A DNA stretch of 35,855 nt from a virus (lineage: Duplodnaviria; Caudoviricetes). How positions within the stretch are numbered: position 1 is the first letter of the stretch; each line of letters opens with the position of its first letter. The position numbers and the translations under genes are program-made. The stretch spans positions 1-35,855 of IMG/VR virus record IMGVR_UViG_3300036833_000304; one strand, given 5' to 3'. Of this stretch, positions 17,980-27,564 are shown in pieces. A model generated the notes under the pieces. That model had not been told where the DNA came from. It worked only from the letters and a program-made list of their open reading frames with translations, and made no database searches.

Positions 17980-20900
17980 ATGGCCGATAACCTGTCGATC
18001 TCGGTCACTGCCGACACCACCCAGGTCCGCGCCCAACTGGCGATTGCCCAGGCCGACGTGCGCGCCTACAGCGCCGAGGTCCGCAAGCTCGCCAACGATC
18101 TGCGCAGCGCCGGCAACGATATGCGCGCCGGACTGACGCAGGAGCTCGAACGGCAATCGACGGCGTTGAACAAGGCGAGCGCCGAGGCCTCGAAGCTGAA
18201 AAGCGAGCTGGGCAATCTGAAGCCGCCGGATGTCTCGGGCTGGCGCGCCTTCACCGAGGAATTGGCGAAGGTGGGCCAGGCCGGCGGCGGCGCCGGCAAT
18301 CTGACCGGCATGATGAAGTCGGCCGGCGCCTCGGTCGCCGAGATCGGCGGCGAACTCGGCGTCGTCGGCCGCGCGCTCGGCGCGCTCGGCCCCGAGGGGG
18401 CCGCCATCGCCGTCGGGATCGGCGCCGCCACCTTTGCCGTCACCAAGCTAATCGAGAGCTTCAATCAACTCGGCGAGCAGGCCGAGAAATTGTCGAATAT
18501 CTCCGAGGCGGTCGGCATCCCGGCCGACAAACTGCGGGAACTCGACGAGGTCGTCAAATTGGCCGGCGGCGATGTCGAGACGATGGTCCGCGGCATGATC
18601 CTGGTCTCGAAGCAGGCCGAAGCCGCGCTCGGCGACCCGGCCGGCAATGTCGCGCAGGCGTTCCGCGCGATGCAGATCTCCGAGCAGGATCTGGAGGAGG
18701 GGCTCAAAAATCCGGCGCAACTGCTCGATCTGCTGCGCCAGCGCTTCAGCAACTACATCAACGACGGTAAGCGTGCCGCCGACTTCAACCAATTGCTGGG
18801 GCGCTCGTTCGCCGCGATTGTCCCGATCCTCAAGCAGACTGACGAGGAATATGCCGCCAATCGTCAGGCGGTGATCAGCATGCAGACCGCGGTGTCGGGC
18901 ACCAACGAGACGTTCGCCACGACCGAGCGCAACATCAAGGAGTTCGAGGGCGCGCTGCGCGGCCTCAAGATCGCGTGGGAGGAGGGCATCGTCAGCCCGA
19001 TCCTCGATACTGTCCTGCCGACGATGAGCAAGCTGTTCGAGGTGCTGACGGCGGCGAGCCGCCACGTGCTCGGCCTGAAGACGGCGCTCGAAGAGCAGGC
19101 CGAAGCGGGGGCCGGCGCGACTGCGCGCATCCCCGGCGCGCCGCTGACCGGCGAGCCGGCCGCGCGTGCCGGTGAGATGGCCAAATATCTGGCAGCCAAA
19201 GGCGTCGGTGGTCCGCAGCAGGCGGCTATTCTGGCCTCGGCGCAGGCCGAGTCGTCGCTCGGCGCGGACATGAGTTACGGCGGCGCGCATCAGGGCCTCT
19301 TCCAGTGGGATGCGACGCGCTTTGCAGCATTGCAGGAATACGCCAAGTCGATCGGCGGCGATTTCAAGGACTGGAAGGTCCAGATCGATTTTATCCTTAA
19401 AGAAATCGATAAGATGGCGCCGGAATTCAACAAGGCGACCAGCGCTGCCGAGGCGCTCAAGATCATGACCGAGAAGGTCGAGATCCCGGCCACCCCCGGC
19501 ACCCCGGCAATGGCCGCCGAGGTCGAGCGCCGCCAGACCAAGTTTTTGCCGCAGGTCGCCGGGGCCGCAGTCGCGCCGACCGGGGCAGAGGGCAGAACCG
19601 AGGCGCCGGAGATCGAGAAGGGCGTGCAAAAGGCCTATACCGCGCGCATCAAGGCGATCACTGACGAGGAGAACGCGGTCAAGGCCGGCTTGGACAAGGA
19701 GATCGCCGAGGCCGGGCACAATACCGACCAGGTGCTGGCGCTGGAGCAGAAGAAGGTCGAGGCGACCCGCGTCTACGCCCAGCAGCGCGACGAGGCCAAC
19801 GCCGAGTTCGCCGCCAAGGGCGTCACCCGCGAGAAGCAATTCGCTACCGACGTGACCCGCGCCGAGACCGAGGCGGCCAGGCAGCGGATCAAGATCGCCG
19901 ACGAGGAATACCGTCAGAAGATCGAGGGCATCAGCAAGGCCGAACAGGCAGCCAACGCCCAATTCGACCTCGAAAGAGCCAAGGCTGGGCAGAACGCTGC
20001 CGCGGTTGTCGAGATCGAGCAGCGCAAAGCTGACAAGGCTAGGGAATTCGCCCAGCAGCGCGCCGCCGCCGAGGAGGAGTTCCGCGCCAAGGGCGCTAAG
20101 ATCAACGAGGATTACGCCACCGACGTCACCAGGGCGCAGACCCAGGTCGTGCTGGCACAGAACAAGGCCGACGACCAGCGCATCGCCTCGGCGCTCAAGG
20201 TGCTCGAGGAACGGCGCCGGGAGTTGGACCAGGAGATGGCGGTCGCGCTGCAGCACGAACAGCGCCGGCAGAAGCTCGGCGACGAAACCGCCGGGGCGAT
20301 GATGGCCAATGAGGAGAGGATCATCGCCGCGCACAAGGCCGCGGTCGACAAGATCCTGGCCGACGAGCAAACGCTCGCGCAGGGGCGCGAGTCGCTCGCC
20401 GTCGAGGTCGGCAACCGGATGCGCCAAGAGAACCAGAAGACCGATGACGCGATGGTCAAGGCGCACGACCAGGCGATGCAGCAGATGAAGGCCGAAACCG
20501 ACAAGGCGGTCGCGCCGATGAATGCCGCGATGGGCACGATCTTCGACAACATGATCAATCGCTCGCAGACCGCGCAGCAAGTCATGCAGAAGGTGTTCCA
20601 GGAATTGGTCACCGGGCCGCTGCTCAAGAATATCCAGAACGCGTTCAGCAAAATGATGGAAGGCGGCGGCTTCGGCGAGAGCGTGATCGGCAAGTTCTTT
20701 GGCGGCACGTTGCTCTCAGGCGGCGTCGGCGGCGCCGGCAAGACCACCGAGGCGACCGCCGCCACCACTGCCGCTACGGCATTGCAGACCCTGGCGACGG
20801 CGGCGACCAGCGCGACCTCGGCCTTGACCGGGCATGGCGCATCGACGACCGCCAATACCGCGGCGACCACCGGCAACACGGCAGCAACCACGACCGACAC

Positions 20901-21417
20901 GGCCGCGACCACCGGCAGCGCCGCCGCGACCACCGGCGACAGCACCATTCGCGGCGTCAACACTGCCGCCACCACGCTCAACAGTGCCGCGACGTCGGTC
21001 AACACCGCTGCCACCGCCACCAATTCCGCGGCGCAAGGCGGCGGCGCTGCGGCAGGCGGGATCGGCGGCATTCTCAAGATGCTGCCGTTGATTGGGATGC
21101 TGTTCGAGAAGGGCGGCATTGTCGGCTCGGCGCAACATGGCGCGTTGCTCGGCGGTATGGGCGGCCAGATGATCTTCGCCCATGCCGGCGAGATGGTCTT
21201 GCCGCGCAACCTGTCGGAAGGCGTGCAGGGCGCGGTGGCCCGCGGCGGGCTCGGCGCCGGCAACTACGCGGCCAACCTGACGCACGCGCCGACGATCAAC
21301 ATCAACGGCGGCTCGGCGATTACCCGCTCGCAATTCGAGGGCTTGCTGCGCAGTCATGGCGATGTGCTGATGAGCCACGCGAGCAACCTGATTCGCAACG
21401 GCTGGGCACCGGCATGA
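17980..21417 (+). CDS. Tail tape measure protein with internal lysozyme-like domain
   Basis: GGAGG RBS; 1145 aa Ala/Glu/Lys helical; AAILASAQAESS...GLFQW...QIDFILKE domain; C-terminal GG-V and HAGEMVLP. Confidence 0.92.
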   Translation: MADNLSISVTADTTQVRAQLAIAQADVRAYSAEVRKLANDLRSAGNDMRAGLTQELERQSTALNKASAEASKLKSELGNLKPPDVSGWRAFTEELAKVGQAGGGAGNLTGMMKSAGASVAEIGGELGVVGRALGALGPEGAAIAVGIGAATFAVTKLIESFNQLGEQAEKLSNISEAVGIPADKLRELDEVVKLAGGDVETMVRGMILVSKQAEAALGDPAGNVAQAFRAMQISEQDLEEGLKNPAQLLDLLRQRFSNYINDGKRAADFNQLLGRSFAAIVPILKQTDEEYAANRQAVISMQTAVSGTNETFATTERNIKEFEGALRGLKIAWEEGIVSPILDTVLPTMSKLFEVLTAASRHVLGLKTALEEQAEAGAGATARIPGAPLTGEPAARAGEMAKYLAAKGVGGPQQAAILASAQAESSLGADMSYGGAHQGLFQWDATRFAALQEYAKSIGGDFKDWKVQIDFILKEIDKMAPEFNKATSAAEALKIMTEKVEIPATPGTPAMAAEVERRQTKFLPQVAGAAVAPTGAEGRTEAPEIEKGVQKAYTARIKAITDEENAVKAGLDKEIAEAGHNTDQVLALEQKKVEATRVYAQQRDEANAEFAAKGVTREKQFATDVTRAETEAARQRIKIADEEYRQKIEGISKAEQAANAQFDLERAKAGQNAAAVVEIEQRKADKAREFAQQRAAAEEEFRAKGAKINEDYATDVTRAQTQVVLAQNKADDQRIASALKVLEERRRELDQEMAVALQHEQRRQKLGDETAGAMMANEERIIAAHKAAVDKILADEQTLAQGRESLAVEVGNRMRQENQKTDDAMVKAHDQAMQQMKAETDKAVAPMNAAMGTIFDNMINRSQTAQQVMQKVFQELVTGPLLKNIQNAFSKMMEGGGFGESVIGKFFGGTLLSGGVGGAGKTTEATAATTAATALQTLATAATSATSALTGHGASTTANTAATTGNTAATTTDTAATTGSAAATTGDSTIRGVNTAATTLNSAATSVNTAATATNSAAQGGGAAAGGIGGILKMLPLIGMLFEKGGIVGSAQHGALLGGMGGQMIFAHAGEMVLPRNLSEGVQGAVARGGLGAGNYAANLTHAPTININGGSAITRSQFEGLLRSHGDVLMSHASNLIRNGWAPA

Positions 21418-22427
21418 CCGATTTCTTTGTTGGCGTCGAAGACATCAATTTCAGCCCGATCGGCACGCCGGAAGTAAATGCGGGAGGAGCCCTGTATCGT
21501 CCCGCGTGGGCGCGCTGCGCGCTCGCCTGTGGCCTTCCCGGCGGCTTTGGCCGAGCCTCTTATTGGCGCGTGCCGTCATACTGGGGATTGGCGGTCGCCG
21601 GCGCCTGGTGGTGGACGGCGCGGATTTATTCGCTAATGGACACTACTGCTGCCTATCCGTTCATGTCGTTTTTGTCGGCCGGGGATGTGCCGCGCCTGGA
21701 GATCTGGGTCGGCCCGCCGACTGGAATCGCTAATGCTGTCTGGCAGATCTGGAAGATCGACGCCGCCGGCAACCGGACGTATCTGACGACGTTTACCGGT
21801 CCGATCGGTCAGTCGGCGGTACAAAAAATCGACATCTACGTCAACTATTCGACGAGCGGCTCGATCCGGGTCTGGGCCGACAGCGACATGCTGGCCTCGT
21901 TCGACGGCGATGTGACGACCGATGGCGTCGCCACGCTGACCGGGTTTCAGATCGGCCCGTATGCGCAAATATGGTGCTCGGAGATGCTGTGGTCCGATGT
22001 CGATACCCGCAGCATCATCGGTGTCGCCACCTTGGCGCCATTGGCCAACGGCAATACCGACAACTGGGATGCGGGTGCCGTCAGCGATGTCAACGAGATC
22101 GTCTTCAACGACGGCACCGTCAATTCGTCGGGTACTGCCGGCCAGCTCCAGCAATACACGGTGGCACCCTTGCCGGTGACCCAGGGTGCGGTCCGCTCGG
22201 TGATGCTCAGCGCCCGGGCGGCGGCGTTGCCCGGCGGCCCGCAGAACCTCGATCTGGTGTTACGCACCAACAGCGTCGACACCGGCTCGCTCATGGCTGC
22301 GCCCGGCGCAGGGTTCAACAACGGCCCCGGGGCGATCTGGCAGGGCAACCCGGTCACCGGCCTGCCGTGGACCTTGCACGATCTGATCTCGCCGCCGTTC
22401 AACATCGGAATGCAGAGCGCGCCATGA
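21414..22427 (+). CDS. Tail-associated beta-sandwich protein (paralog 1)
   Basis: ATGA coupling to TMP; Trp/Gly/Thr-rich; aligns with 23085..24116. Confidence 0.7.
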   Translation: MTDFFVGVEDINFSPIGTPEVNAGGALYRPAWARCALACGLPGGFGRASYWRVPSYWGLAVAGAWWWTARIYSLMDTTAAYPFMSFLSAGDVPRLEIWVGPPTGIANAVWQIWKIDAAGNRTYLTTFTGPIGQSAVQKIDIYVNYSTSGSIRVWADSDMLASFDGDVTTDGVATLTGFQIGPYAQIWCSEMLWSDVDTRSIIGVATLAPLANGNTDNWDAGAVSDVNEIVFNDGTVNSSGTAGQLQQYTVAPLPVTQGAVRSVMLSARAAALPGGPQNLDLVLRTNSVDTGSLMAAPGAGFNNGPGAIWQGNPVTGLPWTLHDLISPPFNIGMQSAP

Positions 22428-23083
22428 CCGGGTTTAGCGACCGCACCGCGCAGGGCATTCTCAATCATATCACCGGCAAGTCGGCATTGTTCGCGATGCC
22501 GACCGCCTACGTCGCGCTGTTCACCGCCGTTGGCACTGATGCCGGAACCGGTTTCACCGAAGTCTCCGGTGGCGCCTATGCGCGGGTCTCGACTGCAACG
22601 GGCGATTGGAATGCGGCCTCGGGCTCGGCACCGAGCTTGATCACTAACGCCAACCCGTTGGTGTTTCCGACCGCGACGGCGAGCTGGGGCACGATCATCG
22701 CATTTGGGCTTTACGACGCGCCGACCGGCGGCAATCTCCTCGCTTGGGATTATTTCGGCAATTTCGCCTGGCTGCCGGCCACGGTTTCGGCCGCCTCGCC
22801 GGGCGTCTTCACCAGCCATGCGCACGGCTATGCCGCCGCCGACAATATCGTCTTTTCGACCGAATATGGCGGCGTGGCGCCGACGGTCAGCGCCGGCAGC
22901 CTGGCCGGCCTACTCGCCGTCGTCGGCCCGACCGCCGATACGCTCACGGTGACCAGCGCCGGGACCGCAGTCAATACCTCCGCGACCGGTGACGGCATGG
23001 TGCGCAAGGTCAACGCCCAGGCCATTCCGTCCGGCGTACAGCCGTCATTTGCGGCGGCCGCGCTGACAATTACCAGCGCCTGA
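22424..23083 (+). CDS. Minor tail/fibre-base structural protein
   Basis: ATGA coupling; YVALFTA, EVSGGAYARV, FPTATASWGTI, YDAPTGGNLL motifs common in phage tail proteins. Confidence 0.75.
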   Translation: MTGFSDRTAQGILNHITGKSALFAMPTAYVALFTAVGTDAGTGFTEVSGGAYARVSTATGDWNAASGSAPSLITNANPLVFPTATASWGTIIAFGLYDAPTGGNLLAWDYFGNFAWLPATVSAASPGVFTSHAHGYAAADNIVFSTEYGGVAPTVSAGSLAGLLAVVGPTADTLTVTSAGTAVNTSATGDGMVRKVNAQAIPSGVQPSFAAAALTITSA

Positions 23084-23084
23084 G

Positions 23085-24116
23085 ATGACGATCCTGTTCG
23101 CCTCTGGGGAGGATACCGGTTTCACGCTGATCGGCGCCGCTGTCGGCGCGACGACTCCGGCCGGTTGCTCGCGCTCCGGCTACGCGCGCTCGACCGCTTG
23201 CGGGGTCGGCGCCAATAACGGCACGATCGTTGCCGACCCCCCTGCCAATCGTTTTCAGACGCCGATCTTTACCGCCGGCAACCTCGTCTGGGTGCACGCT
23301 CAGTTCTTCAATGCCACCGACGTCACCACGACGAACAACCAGCAGACTTTGCTGCTGCGCTCGCCCGATGGCGTCAGCCGGATTGTTCTGCGGCAGACAG
23401 GCACGGCGGGAACTTTCAAAGTTTCGAGCCGCAATGCTGCGGGCGCGTTCACCGATCTCGCGACCGCGACCGGTGTGTTTACGCTCAACACCATTACCCA
23501 GCTCGATTTGAAGGTTGACTATTCCGCTTCGGGTGGCGTGCAGCTCTACTTGGCGGGAACGCTGGTGATCAACTATTCGGGCGATCCGCGCACCGATGCC
23601 GCGACCCAGCTCGATCAAGTCGAGTTTTCCGGCGCCGGCTTTAACGGTAATCAGCGGACTGTGTGGTCGGAAATGATCATCGCCGACGAGGATACCACGG
23701 GCATGGCGTTGTGGACGATGACTCCGCAAGCCGCCGGCGCCACTCAGTCATGGACCCCGAACACGCTCGCCAATATCAATAAGGCCGTAATCAACGACAG
23801 CACCTTGATCACGACCGCGACCGCCAATGCGTTGTCGGAATGGACCGCGCCGACTGCAGTGCCGGCGGGCACCTGGAACGTCAAGGCGGTCGTCCAGGAG
23901 GCTCGCGTCGAGCGCGGCGCCACAGGCCCGCAGCACTTCGATTGGCAATTGCGGGTAAGCGCCACCGATTATGCTGCTGGCGCCTCGAATGCGCCGGTTA
24001 CGTCATTCGGCAATTTTAGCAATTATTCCTGGCCGACCAACCCCGCAACCTCGGCTGCGTGGATCACCGCTGACCTGACAACCGGCATTCAGTATGGGAT
24101 TAAGTCTCTGACTTGA
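23085..24116 (+). CDS. Tail-associated beta-sandwich protein (paralog 2)
   Basis: Starts 1 nt after the previous stop; aligns with 21414..22427. Confidence 0.7.
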   Translation: MTILFASGEDTGFTLIGAAVGATTPAGCSRSGYARSTACGVGANNGTIVADPPANRFQTPIFTAGNLVWVHAQFFNATDVTTTNNQQTLLLRSPDGVSRIVLRQTGTAGTFKVSSRNAAGAFTDLATATGVFTLNTITQLDLKVDYSASGGVQLYLAGTLVINYSGDPRTDAATQLDQVEFSGAGFNGNQRTVWSEMIIADEDTTGMALWTMTPQAAGATQSWTPNTLANINKAVINDSTLITTATANALSEWTAPTAVPAGTWNVKAVVQEARVERGATGPQHFDWQLRVSATDYAAGASNAPVTSFGNFSNYSWPTNPATSAAWITADLTTGIQYGIKSLT

Positions 24117-24157
24117 GCGGGATCGAATCGCAGACGTAAAGACGAGGGGCGCTCGGT

Positions 24158-25366
24158 GTGGATAGCTCCAAACTCGTCACCTATGCCGTCCTCCAGGGGA
24201 CGGCGGTCAACGCCTCCAAGCTCGTCACTTATGCCGTCCTGCGAACGCCGGCGCTCGACGCTTCCAAGCTCGTCACTTACGCGGTTCTCGGGCCGGGGTC
24301 GGTTGCACTAAGCGGTAGGATCGGGGCTCAGAGCAAGGCGCGCGTCGGCGCTGGCGGCCAGCTCGGAATCGCCGGGCGGATCGGCGCTATTAGCCAGGGC
24401 CGGCTCGCTGCGGGGACACAGGGCCTGGCGTTGTCCGGTCGCGCCGCTGCGGCAGCCTCGGGCAGGGCCGACGGCAGAGCTGCGATGCCGGTCGCCGGCA
24501 CAATCACGGCGGCCAGCTTTGGCCGCTTTCTGCGGCTGCCGGCCACCGCGATGCTCAGCGTCTCCAAGCTGATCGGTGCCACCGTCGTCACCGCGCCAAG
24601 CGGGCAGCTGAGCGTCCCCAAGCTGATCGGCGCCACCGTCATCACCGCGCCGACCGGCGTACACTCGGTGGCGAAGCTGGTCGGGGCGGCGGTCGTCAGC
24701 CCTCTCGGCATTGACCAGCTCGACTGTCCGATCGGCCTGTTTCCCGACGTGCCGTTTGGCTTTCCGGTCAAGAAGAGCCCGAAATTCGCGACCATCGCGC
24801 AGACCGCCAAGCATACCAGCCGCATGTCACGCGCCGCACAGCAGATGCTGCCGTTCTGGGAATTCGAGCTGACTTTCGAGGTATTGCGCGACCAGAGCTG
24901 GAACGGGCAACCCTACCAGCCGATGAACGGCTTTACCGAGTTTGAAAAACTATGCGGGTTGTTTCTGGACACTTACGGTCAATGGGGCCTGTTCTACTAC
25001 GACGATCCGAGCGACAACTCGCGTGCCGGTCAATACCTCGGAACCGGCGACGGTCGGCAGGTCGATTTTCCGGTCGTGCGCACCTGGGGATATGGCCCGA
25101 CCGCCTTTGTCGAGCCGGTCGGCGGCGTCAACGCGATTTCGAAAGTTTATTTCGATGGCGTCGCCCAGGGCAATTTCATGTTTTCATGGAGTGGCAGCGT
25201 ATTGACTTTTAACCCGCCGCCGCCGCCCGGAGTGACGATCACCGCCGATTTCAGCTTTTTCTACCTGTGCCGGTTCACCGAGGACACGCAGCTGTACGAG
25301 CAATTTTATAAGGGTTTCTGGCAGATGAAGTCGCTCAAGTTTCGCAGTGTGCTGGGACCATGCTGA
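24158..25366 (+). CDS. DUF2460 (RcGTA g12-like distal tail) protein with repetitive N-terminal extension
   Basis: GAGGGG RBS; KKSPKFAT, WEFELTFEVLRD, FYYDDPSD, GTGDG, ADFSFFYLCRF-ED. Confidence 0.85.
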   Translation: MDSSKLVTYAVLQGTAVNASKLVTYAVLRTPALDASKLVTYAVLGPGSVALSGRIGAQSKARVGAGGQLGIAGRIGAISQGRLAAGTQGLALSGRAAAAASGRADGRAAMPVAGTITAASFGRFLRLPATAMLSVSKLIGATVVTAPSGQLSVPKLIGATVITAPTGVHSVAKLVGAAVVSPLGIDQLDCPIGLFPDVPFGFPVKKSPKFATIAQTAKHTSRMSRAAQQMLPFWEFELTFEVLRDQSWNGQPYQPMNGFTEFEKLCGLFLDTYGQWGLFYYDDPSDNSRAGQYLGTGDGRQVDFPVVRTWGYGPTAFVEPVGGVNAISKVYFDGVAQGNFMFSWSGSVLTFNPPPPPGVTITADFSFFYLCRFTEDTQLYEQFYKGFWQMKSLKFRSVLGPC

Positions 25367-25824
25367 CCCCGGATCGAAGTCCGGCGCAGGGCTGCGGCGA
25401 GTGCTCGGCCTGCTGCTTTCTGTTATCGATCGACGAGCCGCTCAACAAGCCCTATGGCCAGTGGTGCCCGCACTGCCGGCCGGGCCAAGGCGGCTGCTCG
25501 ATCTACGATTCGCGCCCGGAGGCCTGCCGCAGCTTTTCCTGCTATTGGCTGCGTTCGCAGAACCGGCCCGGTCAGGAGATGGCGCCCGAGCTGCGCCCCG
25601 ACCGCTGCGGCGTCATGTTCATGGGCTCGAGCGATGCGGGCCCGCGCGAGGTCTTTGTCCATGTTTTGCCACACCGTCCCGCGGCCTGGCGCAAGCCGGC
25701 GATCCGCGCCAAGATCGACGATCTGCTGCGGCGCGGCGGCACGGTGACGATCATCGTCGGTCAGCGCCGCAAGATCCTGCGCGCCGGTCAGCCAGTGTTC
25801 GACATCACCGACGGAGCGCCATGA
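25360..25824 (+). CDS. YkgJ-like CxxCxxCC cysteine-cluster protein
   Basis: CGECSACC, WCPHC, GCSIY--RP--CR-F-C-WL, LRPDRCGV; overlaps both neighbours. Confidence 0.82.
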   Translation: MLTPDRSPAQGCGECSACCFLLSIDEPLNKPYGQWCPHCRPGQGGCSIYDSRPEACRSFSCYWLRSQNRPGQEMAPELRPDRCGVMFMGSSDAGPREVFVHVLPHRPAAWRKPAIRAKIDDLLRRGGTVTIIVGQRRKILRAGQPVFDITDGAP

Positions 25825-26489
25825 GCTATATCAATTTCCCGGTTCCGACGCCGGTGTTTCCGGCGATGCCGACAGTTGGCTGGTCGGTCAAGAAATCGCC
25901 GGTCTGGCCGCCCGCGACTACTGCGCTCAGCGTCTCCGGGCGCGAGCGGCGGGCGGCGCGGCAATCCTATCCGACCTGGCAATTCGAGCTGACCTACCAG
26001 GTGCTGCGGGAAGAGACGCAGAATGACCCGATCTATCAGCCGAACTCGCCCTACCGCGAGCTCGAGCTGATCTCGTCGTTGTTTTTGACGTGTCTCGGCG
26101 GCTACGGCGAATTCTATTTTGCCGATCCCGACGATTCGACACGGCTGGCAACCCGGATGGGCACCGGCGACGGCAAGGGGAAAGAATTCTTCTTTTATAT
26201 CAATTACCCCTCGGGTCAGAGCCAATTGCCGACATTCTTTGCGCCGCCGGGTGCGGTCTTCGATCTGACGGCGGTCTATATCAACGGCAGCTTGATACCG
26301 CCGAGCTATTACAGCTGGGGCATCACCTCGGTGGTCTTCATCAGCGCAGTGCAGGCCGGCGACGTCGTCACCGGCGATGTCTCGTTCTATTACCGCTGCC
26401 GGTTTGACGATGACGTGCAGAATTACGAGCAATTCTTCAAGAACATCTGGGCCTATCCGACGTGCAAATTTAGCAGCGTGAAGCCATGA
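25821..26489 (+). CDS. Second DUF2460 (distal tail) protein
   Basis: GGAG RBS and ATGA coupling; GWSVKKSP, SGRERR, WQFELTY, GTGDG, FYYRCRFDDD. Confidence 0.85.
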   Translation: MSYINFPVPTPVFPAMPTVGWSVKKSPVWPPATTALSVSGRERRAARQSYPTWQFELTYQVLREETQNDPIYQPNSPYRELELISSLFLTCLGGYGEFYFADPDDSTRLATRMGTGDGKGKEFFFYINYPSGQSQLPTFFAPPGAVFDLTAVYINGSLIPPSYYSWGITSVVFISAVQAGDVVTGDVSFYYRCRFDDDVQNYEQFFKNIWAYPTCKFSSVKP

Positions 26490-26668
26490 ACTATGTGATC
26501 TGGAGCGAGCAGCATTGCGCCTGGCTGCTTCCCGAGAAGGGATACACGAACTCGCTGCGCATCGCCGGGCGTTATCCGAAAGAGGAGGCCGAGGCGATCG
26601 TCGCGAAGGCGAACGCTTATCAGCCGACTTTCCCGGATGTCGCACTCCCCGACCCGTTCGCCAAATGA
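26486..26668 (+). CDS. Small hypothetical phage protein
   Basis: ATGA-coupled on both sides; IWSE-H--W----GYT-----AGRY--EEA. Confidence 0.7.
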   Translation: MNYVIWSEQHCAWLLPEKGYTNSLRIAGRYPKEEAEAIVAKANAYQPTFPDVALPDPFAK

Positions 26669-27564
26669 AGCCGGTCTCGACCGAATATTTAACGATGATC
26701 CGGCAGCAGCAACGCTCGATCATCGCCGACCTCTACACTGTCACCTTGGCCACCGGGCCCAGCGATTATTTCACCGATTTTGATATCGATGTCATCGTCA
26801 ACGGTCAGTCCTACAAATCGCAGACCCTGCGCTTCGAAGGGATGAAGCTGAAGATCGCCGTCGGATTGGAGGTCGACGAGCAGGATGTCAAGATCTCCGC
26901 ATTGCCGAGCGACACATTGCACGGCGCCAACTTTCTGCAGGCGATGGTCGACGGGCTGCTGGACGGCGCGTGGCTGACCCGCGACCGCGCGGTGTGGCGG
27001 GTGATCAGCGGCAATGTGTTCAACGATGTAGACGGGGCAGATCCGATCCAGGTGACCCGCCTATTCTATGGCCGGATCAGCGACATCACCAAGATCGGCC
27101 GCACCTTTGTCGAGCTCAAGGTCAAAAGCCCGCTGGTCCTGCTCAACATCGACATGCCGCGCAATGTCTATGCGAACGGCTGCAACTGGACGTTGTTCGA
27201 CCAGGGCTGCACGATGATCAAGGAGAGTTGGGGGACTCACGGCAGCGTCGGAACGGCCAGCTCGACCTTTATCCAATGGGCCGGCGGCGTGCCGAACGTG
27301 ACCGGCGGCGACGGCCGGCCTTTTTATGAGCAAGGCCGCATGCGGTTTACCTCCGGCGTATTGGCGGGTGAGCAGATTTATATCGTCGGCAATGACAGCA
27401 ACGGCCTGGGAGTGCTGGGGCTCGAGTCGTTGCCGCAGACGGGCGACAATTTCATCGCCTATGCCGGCTGCGGAAAGACCATGAACGCATGCCAGCACAA
27501 GTTCAACAACCTGCAGCATTTCCGCGGCTTTCCGTTTGTGCCGCCGGTAGTCTTCGGGATATGA
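26665..27564 (+). CDS. DUF2163 baseplate hub protein (RcGTA g13-like)
   Basis: GLEVDE, DGLLDGA, CNWTLFDQGC, YAGCGKTMNACQHKFNNLQHFRGFPFVP. Confidence 0.9.
   Translation: MKPVSTEYLTMIRQQQRSIIADLYTVTLATGPSDYFTDFDIDVIVNGQSYKSQTLRFEGMKLKIAVGLEVDEQDVKISALPSDTLHGANFLQAMVDGLLDGAWLTRDRAVWRVISGNVFNDVDGADPIQVTRLFYGRISDITKIGRTFVELKVKSPLVLLNIDMPRNVYANGCNWTLFDQGCTMIKESWGTHGSVGTASSTFIQWAGGVPNVTGGDGRPFYEQGRMRFTSGVLAGEQIYIVGNDSNGLGVLGLESLPQTGDNFIAYAGCGKTMNACQHKFNNLQHFRGFPFVPPVVFGI

Noticed and set aside
18448-20580. 710-aa minus-strand ORF, and similar ones such as 28708..30066 and 20112..21263
   Set aside because: Antisense shadows of high-GC3 genes; no recognisable motifs, and they fully overlap well-supported structural genes.
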